From Acidimicrobiia bacterium (lineage in GTDB: Bacteria; Actinomycetota; Acidimicrobiia; Acidimicrobiales; AC-14), in NCBI GenBank assembly GCA_046565765.1, contig JBKHXX010000057.1, forward strand, positions 14,454-78,453: 64,000 nt of DNA, written 5' to 3'. The notes beneath the pieces were generated by a model. That model had not been told where the DNA came from. It made no database searches and saw only the letters and a list, made by a program, of their open reading frames with translations. Position numbers and translations under genes: made by a program. Below, piece by piece: positions 1-8,462 of this stretch (positions within the stretch are counted from its first letter, which is position 1; each line of letters starts with the position of its first letter).

Positions 1-876
1 GACCCGGGCTAGCCGTTGCATCCACAGCCACCCCAGGCCGTCGAGGGCGACGCCCACCGAGAGCAGCACGAGGCCGGCCGGCGTGGAGAACATGAACTCG
101 GCGGTACGGGGGTCGGTGGTGGCCGCGAACCCCCCGAAGGCCACCGGGGCGAGGCCGATGACCACCGCCGACACCCGGGCCTGGCTGGAGAGGGCCCGCA
201 CTTCGGCCGCCACTCCGAGCCGGTCCCGGAGGGTGGCGGCCACGCCGTCGACGGCCCGGGCCTGGGCGCCACCCGTCTCCACGCCGAGGCACAGCGCGGC
301 CACCGCCAAGCGCACCCCCGGCACCGGCCGCCGGGCGGCCAGGCCCTCCAGGGCCTCGAGCAGGGTGGCCCCCCGCTCGACGTGGGCGGCCACCAGGGCC
401 AACTCCCGACCCAGGCGACCCGGGCTGGCCTCGGCCGCCTCGGCCACGGCCTGGCGGAGCGATGCCCCGGACCGCAGCGACCGGGCCACCGCCTCCAGGG
501 CCACGGGGAGGGCCCGCTCGAGCTGCTCGTCGCCCCTGCCCCGGCGGGTGCGCAGTACCAGGGCCGGCCCGGCCACCAGGGCGACCCCGGCCAGCAGCGC
601 CAGCGGCAGCCCACCCAAGGCGAGCGCACCGCCGGTGCCCATTGCGAATGCGCCCAGCCAAGCCCACCACACGACCACAGGCGAGTCGATGCCGGCACGG
701 TCGAGGGCGGGCAGGACCCACGGCGGCGGGGCGGGCAGCACCACCGACAACCGCCTCCCATCCGGCGCGACCGCCTCTTGCAGCCGCCGGCGGACCAGGG
801 CGCCCCGCGTCACCCGAGCGGCGGCACGGGCGGCACCGGCGGTGGCGACCACGAGGACGGCGGCCACGACGGTCAC
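1..876 (-). CDS. tadB: Type II secretion system F-family membrane protein (TadB/TadC-like); 3' end runs off the left window edge
   Basis: Own minus-strand translation from GTG at 876 (GTGA overlap with the tadA stop at 873-875): [14 protein letters not shown]...[25 protein letters not shown]...[23 protein letters not shown]...[19 protein letters not shown]. It stays open to position 1, and it is absent from the ORF track because no stop lies in the window. It shows a T2SSF-like loop plus hydrophobic segments and sits directly after tadA in the operon. Confidence 0.75.
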   Translation of the reverse strand, partial: MTVVAAVLVVATAGAARAAARVTRGALVRRRLQEAVAPDGRRLSVVLPAPPPWVLPALDRAGIDSPVVVWWAWLGAFAMGTGGALALGGLPLALLAGVALVAGPALVLRTRRGRGDEQLERALPVALEAVARSLRSGASLRQAVAEAAEASPGRLGRELALVAAHVERGATLLEALEGLAARRPVPGVRLAVAALCLGVETGGAQARAVDGVAATLRDRLGVAAEVRALSSQARVSAVVIGLAPVAFGGFAATTDPRTAEFMFSTPAGLVLLSVGVALDGLGWLWMQRLARV

Positions 877-2042
877 GCCGCCACCCACGCGGCGTCGGGC
901 CCCGGCAGGCCCGGCCTCCGGGCCGGCCGGGAGGGCAGGGCGAGGAGGCGGTCGGCGGAGGCCAGGACCTGGGCCTCGCCGTCAGGCGCGACCTCGGCCA
1001 CGGCCACCACCCGCCGCGTGCCGTCGGGCCGGCGGGCCACCTGGACGACCAGGTCGAGGGCCGACTGCACCTGGGCGCGCACCGCGGGCAGGGGCAGGTC
1101 GACCTCACCCATGAGCACCATGGTCTCGATGCGGCGGAGGGCGTCGCCCGGACTGTTGGCGTGGCAGGTGGACAGCGAACCCTCGTGGCCGGTGTTCATG
1201 GCCTGCAACATGTCGAGCGCCTCCGGCCCCCGGACCTCCCCGACGAGGATCCGGTCGGGCCGCATCCGCAGCGCGTTGCGCACGAGGTCACGCACCCGCA
1301 CCTCGCCCGCCCCCTCGGCGTTGGCGGGACGGGCCTCCAGCCGCACCACGTGCTCCCCGGGCAGGCGTAGCTCGGCCGCGTCCTCCACCGTGACGACCCG
1401 CTCCGCCCCCGGGATGTGGGCGGCCAGGGCGTTGAGCAGCGTCGTCTTCCCCGCGCCTGTGCCTCCCGAGACGAGGACGTTCATGCGGGCGACGACCGAC
1501 CACGCCAGCAGGGCGGCCACCGGCGGCGGGGCGAAGGCCGCCACCGGCAGCACCCTCGCCCCGAAGCGGCGGATGGTGAGGCACGGACCGTCGACGGCCA
1601 GCGGCGGCACGACCGCGTTGACGCGGGAGCCGTCGGGCAGGCGGGCATCGACCAGGGGGCTGGCCCGGTCGACCCGGAGGCCGAGGGGGGCCACGACCTT
1701 TTCGATGAGGTGCTCGATGGCCGCCGCCGAGAGGTCGATGGGCACCCGGCGCAGCACGCCCGCCCGCTCCACCCACACCCGCCCCGGCCCCGGGCCGTTG
1801 ACGAGCACGTCGGTGACGGCGGGGTCGGCCAGCAGGGGCTCCAGGGCCCCGAGCCCGCCCACGGCGGCGAGCACCTCCTCCACCACCCGGCTGCGCTGGC
1901 GGGAGCCGAGCAGGGGCGCCTCTTCGCCGACGAGGGCCTGGACCCGGTCGGCCAGCAGCGGGCCGTCGGGGGCACCGGCGCCGTCGGCCAGCAGGCGGGC
2001 GTGGACCTTGGCGGCGGCGCCGCCAGGGCCCCCCAGCGTCAT
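873..2042 (-). CDS. tadA: Tad/Flp pilus assembly ATPase (CpaF/TadA, VirB11-type secretion ATPase)
   Basis: Track ORF 873..2162 trimmed to ATG 2042 (MTLGGPGG...), which forms an ATGA overlap with the upstream gene's stop. Motifs: Walker [25 protein letters not shown], and His-box region [15 protein letters not shown]. Confidence 0.9.
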   Translation of the reverse strand: MTLGGPGGAAAKVHARLLADGAGAPDGPLLADRVQALVGEEAPLLGSRQRSRVVEEVLAAVGGLGALEPLLADPAVTDVLVNGPGPGRVWVERAGVLRRVPIDLSAAAIEHLIEKVVAPLGLRVDRASPLVDARLPDGSRVNAVVPPLAVDGPCLTIRRFGARVLPVAAFAPPPVAALLAWSVVARMNVLVSGGTGAGKTTLLNALAAHIPGAERVVTVEDAAELRLPGEHVVRLEARPANAEGAGEVRVRDLVRNALRMRPDRILVGEVRGPEALDMLQAMNTGHEGSLSTCHANSPGDALRRIETMVLMGEVDLPLPAVRAQVQSALDLVVQVARRPDGTRRVVAVAEVAPDGEAQVLASADRLLALPSRPARRPGLPGPDAAWVAA

Positions 2043-2740
2043 CCCGCCACCGCCAGCAGGGCTCGCTCGAAGGCGCGCTCGGCGCCCCGGGGCACGCGGG
2101 TGACCAGCAGGCCGGCGTCGACGGCTCGGGCGATGTTGACGTCGACCGGCAGCTCGGCCCACACCGGCACGCCCAGCACGTCCTCCACGTCACGGCGTTG
2201 GAGGGACCGGCCGGCCTCGGCCAGGAGGACCACGGCGCTGGGCCGCAGAGGTGCGGCGAGGGCGCGGCGCACAGCCAGGTAGCAGGGCCGCAGCACGGCC
2301 AGCGACAGGGTGGCGCCCGCCGCCAGCTGCCGGCCGGGCGTGCGGTCGGCCCCCCCGCAGTCGGCCACCACGGGACGGTCGCCGGCCGCCAACAGGGCGG
2401 CCAAGGTCTCCGCTCGTGATGCCCACGCTCCCGGGCCGAGGCCGCCGACCGAGCCCCGAGGAAGCAGCCGCACGCCCCGGTTCGCCTCGACTTCCAGACG
2501 GGCCAGCGCGTCGGCGCCCACGTCGGGCGGAGCGCCCAGCCAGTCGGCCAGGCCGGGACCGGACGGCTCGGGGAGCCCCAGGGCCGCGGGCACGTCGCCG
2601 TCGGCGTCGGCCAGCACCACGCCCGAGGAGGACCGGCGGGCCCACGCGAGGGCCAGGAGGACGGAGACGACGGTGGTTCCGCTGCCTCCCTTGGGCGACC
2701 AGCACGCAACCAGCACGGGAGGACCTCCCTCTGACAGCAA
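2039..2740 (-). CDS. ParA/MinD-fold ATPase-like protein of tad loci (TadZ/CpaE/Ssd-like)
   Basis: [24 protein letters not shown] is a deviant Walker A of the ParA/MinD fold. The gene lies immediately upstream of, and translationally coupled to, tadA. No receiver domain is visible. Confidence 0.7.
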   Translation of the reverse strand: MLSEGGPPVLVACWSPKGGSGTTVVSVLLALAWARRSSSGVVLADADGDVPAALGLPEPSGPGLADWLGAPPDVGADALARLEVEANRGVRLLPRGSVGGLGPGAWASRAETLAALLAAGDRPVVADCGGADRTPGRQLAAGATLSLAVLRPCYLAVRRALAAPLRPSAVVLLAEAGRSLQRRDVEDVLGVPVWAELPVDVNIARAVDAGLLVTRVPRGAERAFERALLAVAG

Positions 2741-2858
2741 AGTGCATCAGGGGGAAGGAAACGTCACGAGTCTAGGCGCGCGCCAGGCGGGGCGCAAGCG
2801 TGTTCGGGGAAGAAACGCGCGACCCCGGCCCGCCCCAGCGAGCCGGGACCGGAGCGAA

Positions 2859-2936
2859 CTAGCTGGAGGCCTTGACCTTCTTCGCGGCTACGACCCCAAG
2901 AGCGACAAGGATGGCGAGCAGGATCAGTTTCTTCAT
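2859..2936 (-). CDS. Possible 25-aa single-pass membrane peptide upstream of the tad operon
   Basis: MKKLILLAILVALGVVAAKKVKASS (tail of track ORF 2859..3137) has one hydrophobic helix flanked by Lys. There is no clear SD, and several codons end in A/T, unlike neighbouring genes. It loosely recalls small actinobacterial DLW-39-type peptides (recollection only). Confidence 0.3.
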   Translation of the reverse strand: MKKLILLAILVALGVVAAKKVKASS

Positions 2937-3020
2937 GGGGGACGAGCCTAGACCCGCGCCCGGCCCCGCGGAAGAGGCGCTGTACGCGGCGTTCGCGCCA
3001 CGCAGGCTAGTTTGAGCCCC

Positions 3021-3116
3021 GGAGGTGTCCGGGCGCCTGGTGGGCCCCACCGCCTTCAAAGCGGCTGAGGCGGGTGATCCCCGTCTGGCGGGTTCGATTC
3101 CCGTCCACCTCCGCCA
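3021..3116 (+). tRNA. selC: tRNA-Sec (anticodon UCA)
   Basis: 96-nt cloverleaf with acceptor GGAGGTG(T).../...CCACCTCC, discriminator G and encoded CCA. The anticodon loop is CTTCAAA with TCA at 3056-3058. It has a long variable arm (GGCGGGTGATCCCCGTC) and T-loop GGTTCGATTCC. selA and selB are present in the same window. Confidence 0.85.
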
Positions 3117-3148
3117 ACTCCTCCGGGTCGCCGGCACGCGCCCGCCTC

Positions 3149-4123
3149 CTAGACGGCCAGGAGGTCGCGGGCGCCGGTGTCGCTCGACGGGTGGCGCAGC
3201 TTCGACATGGCCCGGGCCTCGATCTGGCGAATCCGTTCCCGGGTGAGGTTGAAGTGCTCGCCGACCTCCTCCAGCGTGCGGGGCTCGCCACGGTCGAGAC
3301 CGAAGCGCAGGCGGAGGATCTCCCGCTCCCGCTCGTCGAGCGGGCCCAACAGCTTGGCGATCTCGTCGGGCAGCAGCGCGGTGGCCGCCACCTCGAACGG
3401 CGACTCGGCGGAACGGTCCTCGACCACGTCGCCCAGCTCGGCGTCGCCGTCCTCACGCAGTGGCTCGGAGAGCGACAGGGGCTCGGCCGCGAAGCGCAGG
3501 GCCTCGGTGACCTTGTCCTCGGGCATCTCCACCTCGGCCGACAGCTCCGACAGCGTGGCCGGACGGCCCAGCTTGAGCTCCAGCCGGGCGCGCGCCTTCT
3601 GCAGGCGGGCGAGCGTGTCGCCGGCGTGCACGGGGAGGCGGATGGTGCGGCCTGTGTTGGCGATGCCGCGGGTGATGGCCTGACGGATCCACCACGTGGC
3701 GTAGGTGGAGAACTTGAACCCCTTGCGCCAGTCGAACTTCTCGACGGCGTGCATCAGGCCCAGGTTTCCCTCCTGGATGAGGTCGAGCAGGGGAAGGCCG
3801 GAAGCCTGGTACTTCTTGGCGATCGAGACGACCAGGCGGAGGTTGGACTTGACGAAGGTGGACTGCGCCAGTTGGCCCTCGTTGGCGACGCGCCGGAGCT
3901 CGCGCCGCTTGGCCTGGGAGAGCCCTGGCTCCCCGTCCATGTGGCTGCGCGCTTCGTTGCCCGCCTCGATGGCCTTGGCCAGGCGGACTTCGTCGTCCTT
4001 GGTGAGCAGCGGGTACTGCCCGATGTCGGTGAGGTAGAGGCGGACGAGGTCTTCCTCGTCCCGCTCCACACGCTCTTTGGGCAACGTCAATTCCCTCGGA
4101 ATCTGTGCTAGACCGGGCACCAA
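3149..4123 (-). CDS. RNA polymerase sigma-70 family factor, group 2-like (SigB-type)
   Basis: DLVRLYLTDIGQYPLLTKDDEV (region 1.2); LVVSIAKKYQASGLPLLDLIQEGNLGLMHAVEKFDWRKGFKFSTYATWWIRQAITR (region 2); TLEEVGEHFNLTRERIRQIEARAMSKLRH (region 4.2). The short N-terminus argues against the housekeeping sigma. The start codon is uncertain. Confidence 0.9.
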   Translation of the reverse strand: MVPGLAQIPRELTLPKERVERDEEDLVRLYLTDIGQYPLLTKDDEVRLAKAIEAGNEARSHMDGEPGLSQAKRRELRRVANEGQLAQSTFVKSNLRLVVSIAKKYQASGLPLLDLIQEGNLGLMHAVEKFDWRKGFKFSTYATWWIRQAITRGIANTGRTIRLPVHAGDTLARLQKARARLELKLGRPATLSELSAEVEMPEDKVTEALRFAAEPLSLSEPLREDGDAELGDVVEDRSAESPFEVAATALLPDEIAKLLGPLDEREREILRLRFGLDRGEPRTLEEVGEHFNLTRERIRQIEARAMSKLRHPSSDTGARDLLAV

Positions 4124-4207
4124 GGATCAACGCCTCTACGGGCGCGCGAATTCCTCGTGCCCCCGGTCGGGGTGTTCGTCTTGTCGCCGGTCAGCATACC
4201 GCTGCGG

Positions 4208-4684
4208 TCAAGACCCCCCGTCCGCTCGGTCAATCTGGTGGCCTTCCGATGACTCGAGCGGCCCTCCGTGCGCCGCCGCCGCCAGCTCGGCCCGATCGTC
4301 GGCCAGCACCAGGCTGAGCACCCGTCGCAGTGGTCCGCCGGCGGCGACATCGTCCTCCGCCCGGTGCCACAACGCCTCGTACTCGCCGACGAGGCGGGGG
4401 AGGACGTCTCCGTAGTAGGCCTCCAGCCGCTTCCCCGTGGACAGGACCGCCGCCAGCGATTCGACCAGCCCGCCGGCGCCGTCGCCGGCCTCCGCCTCGA
4501 CGGGAGCCCGAACGAGCCCCTCCCACAGCTCGGCGTGCCAGGCGTGGCGGAACGACGCCACCCGCAGCGCCACCTTCACCTCGGGCTCGGGGACAGCCGG
4601 CGCCCATCCGCCGAGCACCTCGAACAGCCGCCGCTCGATGCCGCCGTAGTGGCGGGCCTTGGCGGCGAGCTCCGCAGTCAGCAT
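4208..4684 (-). CDS. Hypothetical protein
   Basis: Track ORF 4208..4729 trimmed to ATG 4684 (MLTAELAAKARHYGG...), with GGAG about 7 nt upstream. The amino-acid composition is coding-like. No family recognised. Confidence 0.55.
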   Translation of the reverse strand: MLTAELAAKARHYGGIERRLFEVLGGWAPAVPEPEVKVALRVASFRHAWHAELWEGLVRAPVEAEAGDGAGGLVESLAAVLSTGKRLEAYYGDVLPRLVGEYEALWHRAEDDVAAGGPLRRVLSLVLADDRAELAAAAHGGPLESSEGHQIDRADGGS

Positions 4685-4779
4685 CGTGGGCTCCGTCCCG
4701 TCTGTCTCACGACCACCCCGGCCGCCCACGGTTGCCGGCTTCTATGGTTTGATGGAAGTCAGCACGAAAGGCGGGATCG

Positions 4780-5013
4780 ATGGAATCCGACGGCGGCGGC
4801 GCGGCAGGCTTTCTCTTCCTCATCCTTGTCGGCCTCTACTTCATTCCACTCATCGTCGCCCTCGTCCGCAAGGTCCCCAACGTCGGCTCCGTGGGCGTCA
4901 TCAACTTCTTCCTTGGGTGGACGCTCATCGGCTGGGTCGTGGCCCTTGCCATGGCCGCCAGATCGGCCCCGACACCACCTTCCAGCTATCGGCCCCCACC
5001 GCCACCGAGCTGA
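4780..5013 (+). CDS. Superinfection-immunity (Imm) family small membrane protein
   Basis: YFIPLIVALVRKVPNVGSVGVINFFLGWTLIGWVVALAMA matches the two-helix signature I associate with the T4 Imm-like family (..NxxLGWTxIGWVxAL..). A Pro-rich tail follows. Confidence 0.7.
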   Translation: MESDGGGAAGFLFLILVGLYFIPLIVALVRKVPNVGSVGVINFFLGWTLIGWVVALAMAARSAPTPPSSYRPPPPPS

Positions 5014-5098
5014 GTTTCCGGACACAGGAACGCAGGTCCGGGGCGGCGAGGGCGGATCTCCCGCCCCTCGGGCGGCGCGTCGAGCCCGTCGGCCGACG

Positions 5099-6829
5099 TC
5101 ACCCCCGGTAGCGGTTGGTGATCGGCACCCGCCGGTCCTTGCCGAACGCCTTGGGCGTCACCCGCACGCCGGGCGGGGCCTGCCGTCGCTTGTACTCGGC
5201 CTTGTCCACCATGCCCACCACCCGCCGTACCAGCTCGGGGTCGTAGCCGGCCCGCTCCAGGTCGCCGGCGGTGGCGTCGCCGCCCACGTAGGCCTCCAGC
5301 ACCGGGTCGAGCTCGTCGTAGGGCGGCAGCGACTGGTCGTCGCGCTGGTCGGGGCGCAGCTCGGCCGAGGGGGGCTTGGTCAGCACCGCGTCGGGGATGC
5401 ACGGATGGGCCTTGGCCAGCTGGTACACGAGCGTCTTGGGGACGTCCTTGATGACCGCGAACCCCCCCGCCAGGTCCCCGTACAGCGTCGAGAAGCCCAC
5501 CGCCATCTCGCTCTTGTTGCCGGTGGCGAGCACCATCCAGCCGAACTTGTTGGACAGGGCCATCAGCAGCATCCCGCGGATGCGGGCCTGGATGTTCTCT
5601 TCGGTCAGGTCCTCCTGGCACCCTTCGAACGACTCGGCCAGCTGGTTGACGACGGCGGAGTGGACGGGCTCGATCTCGATGACCCGCCGCTCGATGCCGA
5701 GGCGGTCGGCCAGCTCCTGGGCGTCGGAGAGCGACCCCGGGCTCGAGTAGCGCGACGGCATGAGGACGCCGTGGACGTGCTCGGCGCCCAGCGCATCGAC
5801 CGCGACGGCGGCGACGATCGACGAGTCCACCCCTCCCGACAGGCCGATCACCACGTCGGTGAACCCGTTCTTGCGGACGTAGTCCCGGGTGCCGAGGACG
5901 AGAGCCCGGTGCACCTCCTCGACCGCCGGCAGCGGCTCGGTGAGCACCGGCTTGGCCGACCCGTCCGCCGCCTCCGACGTGGCGGTGATCAGGATCTCCT
6001 CCAGGGGCGGTGCGGTGGCGCGGCCTCGCGGGTCGAGCAGCCGCTTGCGGAAGACGGGCCGCACGTCGAGGTCGAGCACCATGACGTGCTCCTCGAACTG
6101 GGGAGCCCGCGCCACCAGCTGGCCGCTGGCGTCGACCACCAGCGACGCCCCGTCGAACACCAGCTCGTCCTGGGCACCCACCGAGTTCACGTAGACCAGG
6201 GCGCACGAGGCGTCCGCAGCCCGGGTGGCGAGCATGCGCTCCCGCTCCGGCAGCCGTCCCGCGAAGTAAGGAGAGGCGCTGAGGTTGACGACCAGCTCGG
6301 CCCCGCCCGCGGCCTGGTCGGCCATCGGACCGGTCGGTGTCCACACGTCCTCGCAGATCGACACCCCCACCCGCACGCCCCCGACGAGGAACAGCTGCGG
6401 CTCGTGGGTGCCCGCCGCGAAGTACCGCTGCTCGTCGAACACCGAGTAGTTGGGGAGCAGCCGCTTGCGGTAGACGCCCTGCACCGAACCGTAGGCGCAC
6501 ACCGCAGCGGCGTTGTACAGGTCCCGCCGGGCGTCGACGAACCCCACGACCGCCGCACAGCGGCTCGTGCGCGACGCCAGCTTCTCGAGGGCGGTGAGGT
6601 TGTCGCCCACGAAGCCGGGCTTGAGCAGCAGGTCCTCCGGCGGGTAGCCGGTGACGGCCAGCTCCGGGAAGACGGCCAGGTCGGCACCGGCCCGCTCCGC
6701 CTCGTCGAGCGCGGCGAGGACCCGCTCCACGTTGCCGTCCAGATCGCCGACGACGGTGTCGATCTGGCAGGCCGCGATCCGCAGGCGCGCCACGAATGCC
6801 GAGCCTAACGGCGCCTCGAGGCGTAGCAT
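5099..6829 (-). CDS. nadE: Glutamine-dependent NAD+ synthetase
   Basis: C-terminal 577 aa of track ORF 5099..8917. N-terminal CN-hydrolase domain (LRIAACQ..., FPELAVTGY, catalytic-Cys region VSICEDVW) plus the synthetase PP-loop GLSGGVDSS. The start is ATG 6829 or, more likely, GTG 6793 (VARLRIAACQ). Confidence 0.9.
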   Translation of the reverse strand: MLRLEAPLGSAFVARLRIAACQIDTVVGDLDGNVERVLAALDEAERAGADLAVFPELAVTGYPPEDLLLKPGFVGDNLTALEKLASRTSRCAAVVGFVDARRDLYNAAAVCAYGSVQGVYRKRLLPNYSVFDEQRYFAAGTHEPQLFLVGGVRVGVSICEDVWTPTGPMADQAAGGAELVVNLSASPYFAGRLPERERMLATRAADASCALVYVNSVGAQDELVFDGASLVVDASGQLVARAPQFEEHVMVLDLDVRPVFRKRLLDPRGRATAPPLEEILITATSEAADGSAKPVLTEPLPAVEEVHRALVLGTRDYVRKNGFTDVVIGLSGGVDSSIVAAVAVDALGAEHVHGVLMPSRYSSPGSLSDAQELADRLGIERRVIEIEPVHSAVVNQLAESFEGCQEDLTEENIQARIRGMLLMALSNKFGWMVLATGNKSEMAVGFSTLYGDLAGGFAVIKDVPKTLVYQLAKAHPCIPDAVLTKPPSAELRPDQRDDQSLPPYDELDPVLEAYVGGDATAGDLERAGYDPELVRRVVGMVDKAEYKRRQAPPGVRVTPKAFGKDRRVPITNRYRG

Positions 6830-6838
6830 GCCCAGACC

Positions 6839-8443
6839 ATGGATGGCGCTGCCATGGACTTCCCCGCCATGGACGACGCCACGATGGACGACGCAGCCCT
6901 CGTCCGCCGTGCGTCGGACGGCCAAACGGCCGCGTTCGACGCGCTCTACCAGCGCTACTCGCCGCGCCTCCACGAGTTCCTGGCGTGGGTCCTGCAGGAC
7001 TCCGAGGAAGCCGGCTACGTCCTCTACGACGCGTTCTGCGAGGTCGGTTCCCGCATCCACCAGCTCGTCGAGCCGGGACGGGTGCGGCCCTGGTTGTTCG
7101 CCGTCGCCAGCCGCCACGCCCTCCGCCACCGGGGCCAGCCCGGTGCAGCGGGTGACGCCCCCACCGACGCGGGCGGCGCGTGGGGCGAGCTGCTCCAGGT
7201 GGTGCGATCGGTTGGCCGGGACCTGTCTCCCCGGGAGCGGGCCCTCCTCCACCTCCGCTTCCGCCAGGGGTTCGACGGCGAGGAGCTGGCTGGCGCGGTG
7301 GGCGTCCCCGCCGAGGAGGCGACGGCTCAGGTCGACCGGCTCGTCGACCGGGTCGAGCAGGCGCTCAGCCTCAGCGTCGTCGCCCACCTCGGCACCAAGG
7401 ACTGCCCCGAGCTCAAGGTGCTCCTCGCCGACTGGGACGGCCACCTCGACAACCGCCAGCGGCCCATGCTCGAGGAGCACGCCGAGCGCTGCTCGATCTG
7501 CGGACCGCGCCGGCGCCGACACATCCCCGCCTCGTCGCTGCTGGGCGTCGCGCCCCCGGCCGCCATCCCGCCCGGCCTGCGGGAACGGCTCCTGGAGGAC
7601 GTGGACCTCGGCAGCCGCCGGGGCCGCTCCTGGTCCGCCCGTCGCGGCGGCTTCCCTCCGCCCCTGCTCTCCGCCCACGACCTGCGGCACCGCCTGGTGG
7701 CGGTGGCGGCGGCCGTCGTCCTGGTGGCCACCGCCACCTTCCTGGTCACGCGCGACGGCAGGGAGGGCGAAGAGGTGGCCAGCGTGGGGACGACCATCCG
7801 TCCCACGTCGACCACCCTCGCGGCACGAACGACCACCGTGCCCCCGAGCTCGTCGAGCACCGCGCCGCCCGATGGGGAGGGATCGGGTGCCCCCGGCGCC
7901 GCGAGCGGGACAGGTTCGGGCGCCACCGGCGGTGGCGGCATCACGGGCGGGGGCGCCTCGGGTACCGGCACGGGCGGGAGCGGCGCGGGCGGCGGCGGCG
8001 CGGGTGGGAGCGGCGCGGGCGGGGGCGGGAGCGGCGGGAGCGGGACGACGTCCACCACACCCGCCCCCGCGCCGCCACCCGAGACGACCACCACCCCCGC
8101 GCCCGACGAGACACCACCGTCGCTCAGCAACCTCTCGGTGAGCCCGTCGGCGGTGCGGGCCAGCGGGTGCTCGGGCGGTGGGGACACGACGGCAACGGTG
8201 AGCGTCACCGCGACCGACGCCTCGGGCATCGGGTCGGTGCGGGCCAGCGTGGCCGGTCCCGCCTCGGACAGCACGGCCCTCTCCCACGTTGGCGGGGGCG
8301 TCTACCGGGGCACCATCGGGCCGTTCGAGAGCCCGCTGCCGGCGGGCGTCGACTTCCCCGCCCACGTGGTGGTGAGTGCCACCGACACCCACGGGAACAC
8401 CGGGGTCACCAACACCGCCTTCACCATCCGCTGCGCGGGCTGA
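6839..8443 (+). CDS. ECF sigma factor fused to a ZAS-type anti-sigma domain, a TM helix and an extracytoplasmic Gly/Ser/Thr/Pro-rich plus Ig-like region
   Basis: Sigma region 2 (FDALYQRYSPRLHEFLAWVL...RPWLFAVASRHAL) and region 4 (LSPRERALLHLRFRQGFDGEELAGAVGV). ZAS motif DCPEL...HAERCSIC (HxxxCxxC). TM helix LVAVAAAVVLVATATFLV. C-terminal two-Cys beta-rich domain. Which of four in-frame ATGs (6839, 6854, 6869, 6884) is used is unclear. Confidence 0.75.
   Translation: MDGAAMDFPAMDDATMDDAALVRRASDGQTAAFDALYQRYSPRLHEFLAWVLQDSEEAGYVLYDAFCEVGSRIHQLVEPGRVRPWLFAVASRHALRHRGQPGAAGDAPTDAGGAWGELLQVVRSVGRDLSPRERALLHLRFRQGFDGEELAGAVGVPAEEATAQVDRLVDRVEQALSLSVVAHLGTKDCPELKVLLADWDGHLDNRQRPMLEEHAERCSICGPRRRRHIPASSLLGVAPPAAIPPGLRERLLEDVDLGSRRGRSWSARRGGFPPPLLSAHDLRHRLVAVAAAVVLVATATFLVTRDGREGEEVASVGTTIRPTSTTLAARTTTVPPSSSSTAPPDGEGSGAPGAASGTGSGATGGGGITGGGASGTGTGGSGAGGGGAGGSGAGGGGSGGSGTTSTTPAPAPPPETTTTPAPDETPPSLSNLSVSPSAVRASGCSGGGDTTATVSVTATDASGIGSVRASVAGPASDSTALSHVGGGVYRGTIGPFESPLPAGVDFPAHVVVSATDTHGNTGVTNTAFTIRCAG
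7918..8046 (+). repeat. Coding low-complexity G-rich imperfect tandem repeat (poly-Gly/Ser/Ala linker)
   Basis: GGGAGCGGCGCGGGCGG occurs exactly at 7976-7992 and 8006-8022, followed by GGGAGCGGC / GGGAGCGGG units. It encodes GSGATGGGGITGGGASGTGTGGSGAGGGGAGGSGAGGGGSGGSG. Confidence 0.6.
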
Positions 8444-8462
8444 CGCTGCGAAACTGCGGACC

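Noticed and set aside
16-2103. Long plus-strand ORFs (16..2103, 83..1114, 462..1370) and minus-strand ORF 9..761 over the tad genes
   Set aside because: They are antisense to, or out of frame with, tadB/tadA, which have clear motifs. Their products are Arg/Pro/Gly/Trp-rich low-complexity strings typical of open non-coding frames in high-GC DNA. The real tadB frame (GTG 876 to position 1) is a different frame from 9..761.
2859-2936. Small peptide as the Flp pilin of the tad locus
   Set aside because: It lacks the Flp leader and cleavage motif (G/xxxxEY) and the typical N-terminal charged leader. The pilin gene is probably outside the window.
7918-8046. G-rich tandem repeats as a possible CRISPR array or satellite
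   Set aside because: The units are short, imperfect and contiguous with no spacers. They lie in frame inside the ECF fusion ORF, encoding a Gly/Ser/Ala linker.
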